Shown here: one piece after another, positions 61,823-64,000 of the stretch
How positions within the stretch are numbered: the stretch's first letter is position 1
How the letters are laid out: the number at the start of each line of letters is the position of its first letter
Translations under genes and position numbers: made by a program
Assembly (NCBI RefSeq): GCF_006345805.1
Contig: NC_042997.1
Coordinates: forward strand, 140,616,001 to 140,680,000
Reading direction: 5' to 3'
DNA length: 64,000 nucleotides
DNA from: Octopus sinensis
Taxonomy: Eukaryota
Notes under the pieces: model-generated
Told to the model about the DNA's origin: nothing
Seen by the model: only the letters and a program-made list of their open reading frames with translations
Databases searched by the model: none

Positions 61823-62499
61823 GTAAGTATTTTCTGTCCATCTTTATATATATATATATATATATATATATTTTCTTACTATACACAGTATTCTTCAAAG
61901 TAGAAACTCATTTACCATGTTACAGGTCTCTCTATACCATGTTTAAGCATTTTTAGAAATATTCTTGGGAACTGGCACGGAAAGCTGTTAGTATTTAAAA
62001 TCCTTGACACAATTTTCAACCTCTTAAATAGGTTGGCTGCCTCTAGTTTCATAAATAGAATTTCTTGAAAGAAGGAAAAAATAAAAAGGAAGCTTTTCCA
62101 TTTTTTTTTAACCCTGGCATACCCTGACCCAAGATGTCTGAAATGACTTGTGGTGTCCATTTCCAGTACTTGACTTACAACCTCATCTACCAGCCTCCCT
62201 GACTCAACATGCACGTTTTTTATCATTATTTTATTTGTTGCTGGGTGGTGAGTTGGCAGACTTGTTAGCAAACCGGGCCAAATACTTAGTGACATTTTGT
62301 CTGTCTTCACATTCTCCATTCAAATTCCGCCGTGGTCGACTTTACCTTTCATCCTTTTGGGGTTGATAAAATAAGTACCAGTTGAGCACTGGGATCAATG
62401 TACCAATGCCTTCCTGTATATATGATTAAGCCTTTAACATTTAAACTAGCCATATCCAGCACAGATATTCTACCAGTTTTATGTTCAATGGGATGGTTA

Positions 62500-63240
62500 T
62501 GCAACACTGGCATAGGCCACAGCTATGGTCTCATTTGGCTTCCTGGGTCTACTCAAGCATAGCATATCACCAACAGTCTCGGGCGCTTATTATTGCGGCC
62601 CAATGTTCGAAGGTTGTACTTCACCACCTCATCCCAGGTCTAATTCTCCCACAGGTTCCCTCCACTGTTAGGGTGTAACACTTTTTCACACAGCTGTCCT
62701 CATCCATATGCAATACATGACCATACCAGCACAGTCATCTCTCTTGCACACCACATCTGATGATTCTCATGTCCAGCTTTTCGTTCAGGGTACTTACACT
62801 CTGTCATGTATGTACACTGACATTACACATCCAGCGGAGCATATTAGCTTCATTTCTTGCAAGCTTACGCATATCCTCAGTAATCACAGCCCATGTTTCA
62901 CTGCTGTGTAGCATGGCTGTTTGCACACATTTGTCATACAGTCTACATTTCAGTCTGAGTGAGAGGCCTTTTGTTGCTAGGAGAGGTAGGAGCTCTCTGA
63001 ACTTTGCCCAGGTTATTCTTATTCTTGCAGCTGTGCTCTCGGAGCATCCATCCCTGCTATTGACTTGGTCACCTAGGTAATGGAAGCTATCAGCCACTTC
63101 TAGTTTTTTCCCCTGGCATTTGATGGAAGCTATTTTCTGCACATTTTCAGTGTTTATTGCCCCTGTGCATCTGCCACACACAAAAGCTATCTTCCCAGTT
63201 AGCCTTCCTTTGATATTGCTGCACCTCTTATATGTCCATG
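62500..63240 (-). mobile_element. RTE-b LINE 3' fragment (PHD region to 3' UTR)
   Basis: ORF 62804-63286 reads RNSIRYTQYKPWTYKRC...FVCGRC...DSFHYLGD...AKFRELLPLL...ETWAV...NMLRWMC. Confidence 0.9.
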
Positions 63241-63547
63241 GTTTATACTGGGTATATCTTATGGAGTTTCTACCTTTCTTCCCCACTATATGATTCTGGG
63301 TTCAGTCCCACTGTATGCACCCTGGGCAAATGTCTTCTACTATATAGCCTTGGGCTGACCAAAAGCCTTGTGAGTGGATTTGGTAGATGGAAACTGAAAG
63401 AAACCTGCTATATGATTGATTGATTAATTGATTCTAGTTTCAGCTCATGAGCTGTGGCCATGCTGGGGCACCGCCATATATATAAATAATGATAATTGAA
63501 GATTAATTGAAGTAACCAGAAGATGGATTTGGTATTAGTCGTTATTT

Positions 63548-63657
63548 TGTACAACAGTTGTTTTGATACATCCTGCTACTGTCCCTTATGGGTGGGAGGG
63601 ACTCCGTTCAACATGTTGTATTGCATCCATTTTGCAGTCTGGGTCTCATCAGGTACA
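63548..63657 (-). ncRNA. Degenerate type I hammerhead-like motif with long stem II
   Basis: The - strand reads uguac-CUGAUGA-GA...(81-nt stem II region)...UC-AAAA-caacuguu-guaca: intact CUGAUGA, 5-bp stem I, but AAAA in place of GAAA. Confidence 0.4.
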
Positions 63658-63938
63658 TCCATACATAAAGTTGTCCTGCTAAAGATCCTGAGTTTAGGCT
63701 GTCATGTTGTTATATACCCGTCTGGTTAAGGAATGAAATATTGCTACAATTTCCAATTACTATCAACTTTCTATAAGAAAAAAGAAAAAAAAGGAGAAAA
63801 AATTTTAAAAAATTTTTGTAGGGGATGTGAATAGATGAACAGGGATGGATTGAGTTACATTAAGTTTAAGACAAAGGAATGGTACTAGAAAGAGGAAGAG
63901 AAAGATATATATACCTTTCTCTCAGTGAAAAGAGAGAG

Positions 63939-63970
63939 TTTGACGTTTTGAGCATAGCTCTTTGTCGGAA
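63939..63970 (-). ncRNA. Degenerate minimal hammerhead-like motif in a probable Penelope-type terminus running off the window
   Basis: The - strand reads uu-CCGACAA-a-GAGC(uau)GCUC-AAAA-c-GUC-aa; same architecture as 40222-40266 with an intact GUC. Confidence 0.45.
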
Positions 63971-64000
63971 TAGAGAAACGGAAAAGTCCAAAGAAGGGAA

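Overview
This is AT-rich eukaryotic genomic DNA, dense in repeats and microsatellites. The repeat families look like those of a coleoid cephalopod, probably Octopus; this is inferred from recognising the families and has not been checked against a database. The only host gene I can support is three + strand internal exons (44038-44161, 44967-45070, 61726-61822) of an SLC7/LAT-family amino-acid transporter light chain (y+LAT/LAT-like). Splice sites are canonical GT-AG, phases are consistent (2-0-2-0), and the spliced product is about 108 aa. I found no upstream or downstream exon, so the first 44 kb is probably one very large intron. The remainder is mostly decayed mobile DNA: RTE-clade LINEs (one 2.35 kb piece with the RT core, a PHD-type finger and a 3' UTR tandem array), CR1/L2-like LINE ends, a Penelope-like GIY-YIG fragment, mariner, piggyBac and hAT remnants, MITEs, Helitron-like non-autonomous elements and several tRNA-derived SINE families. 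No element is intact. Most worth a second look: three degenerate hammerhead-ribozyme-like motifs in Penelope-type termini, a LINE 3' UTR built from 67-bp double-hairpin units, and several long foldback or inverted-repeat structures that could form dsRNA in the transporter pre-mRNA. No CRISPR array, rRNA or genuine tRNA gene was found, and I cannot demonstrate a wholly new system from sequence alone. Repeat boundaries are hand-read and approximate unless a terminal motif is cited.
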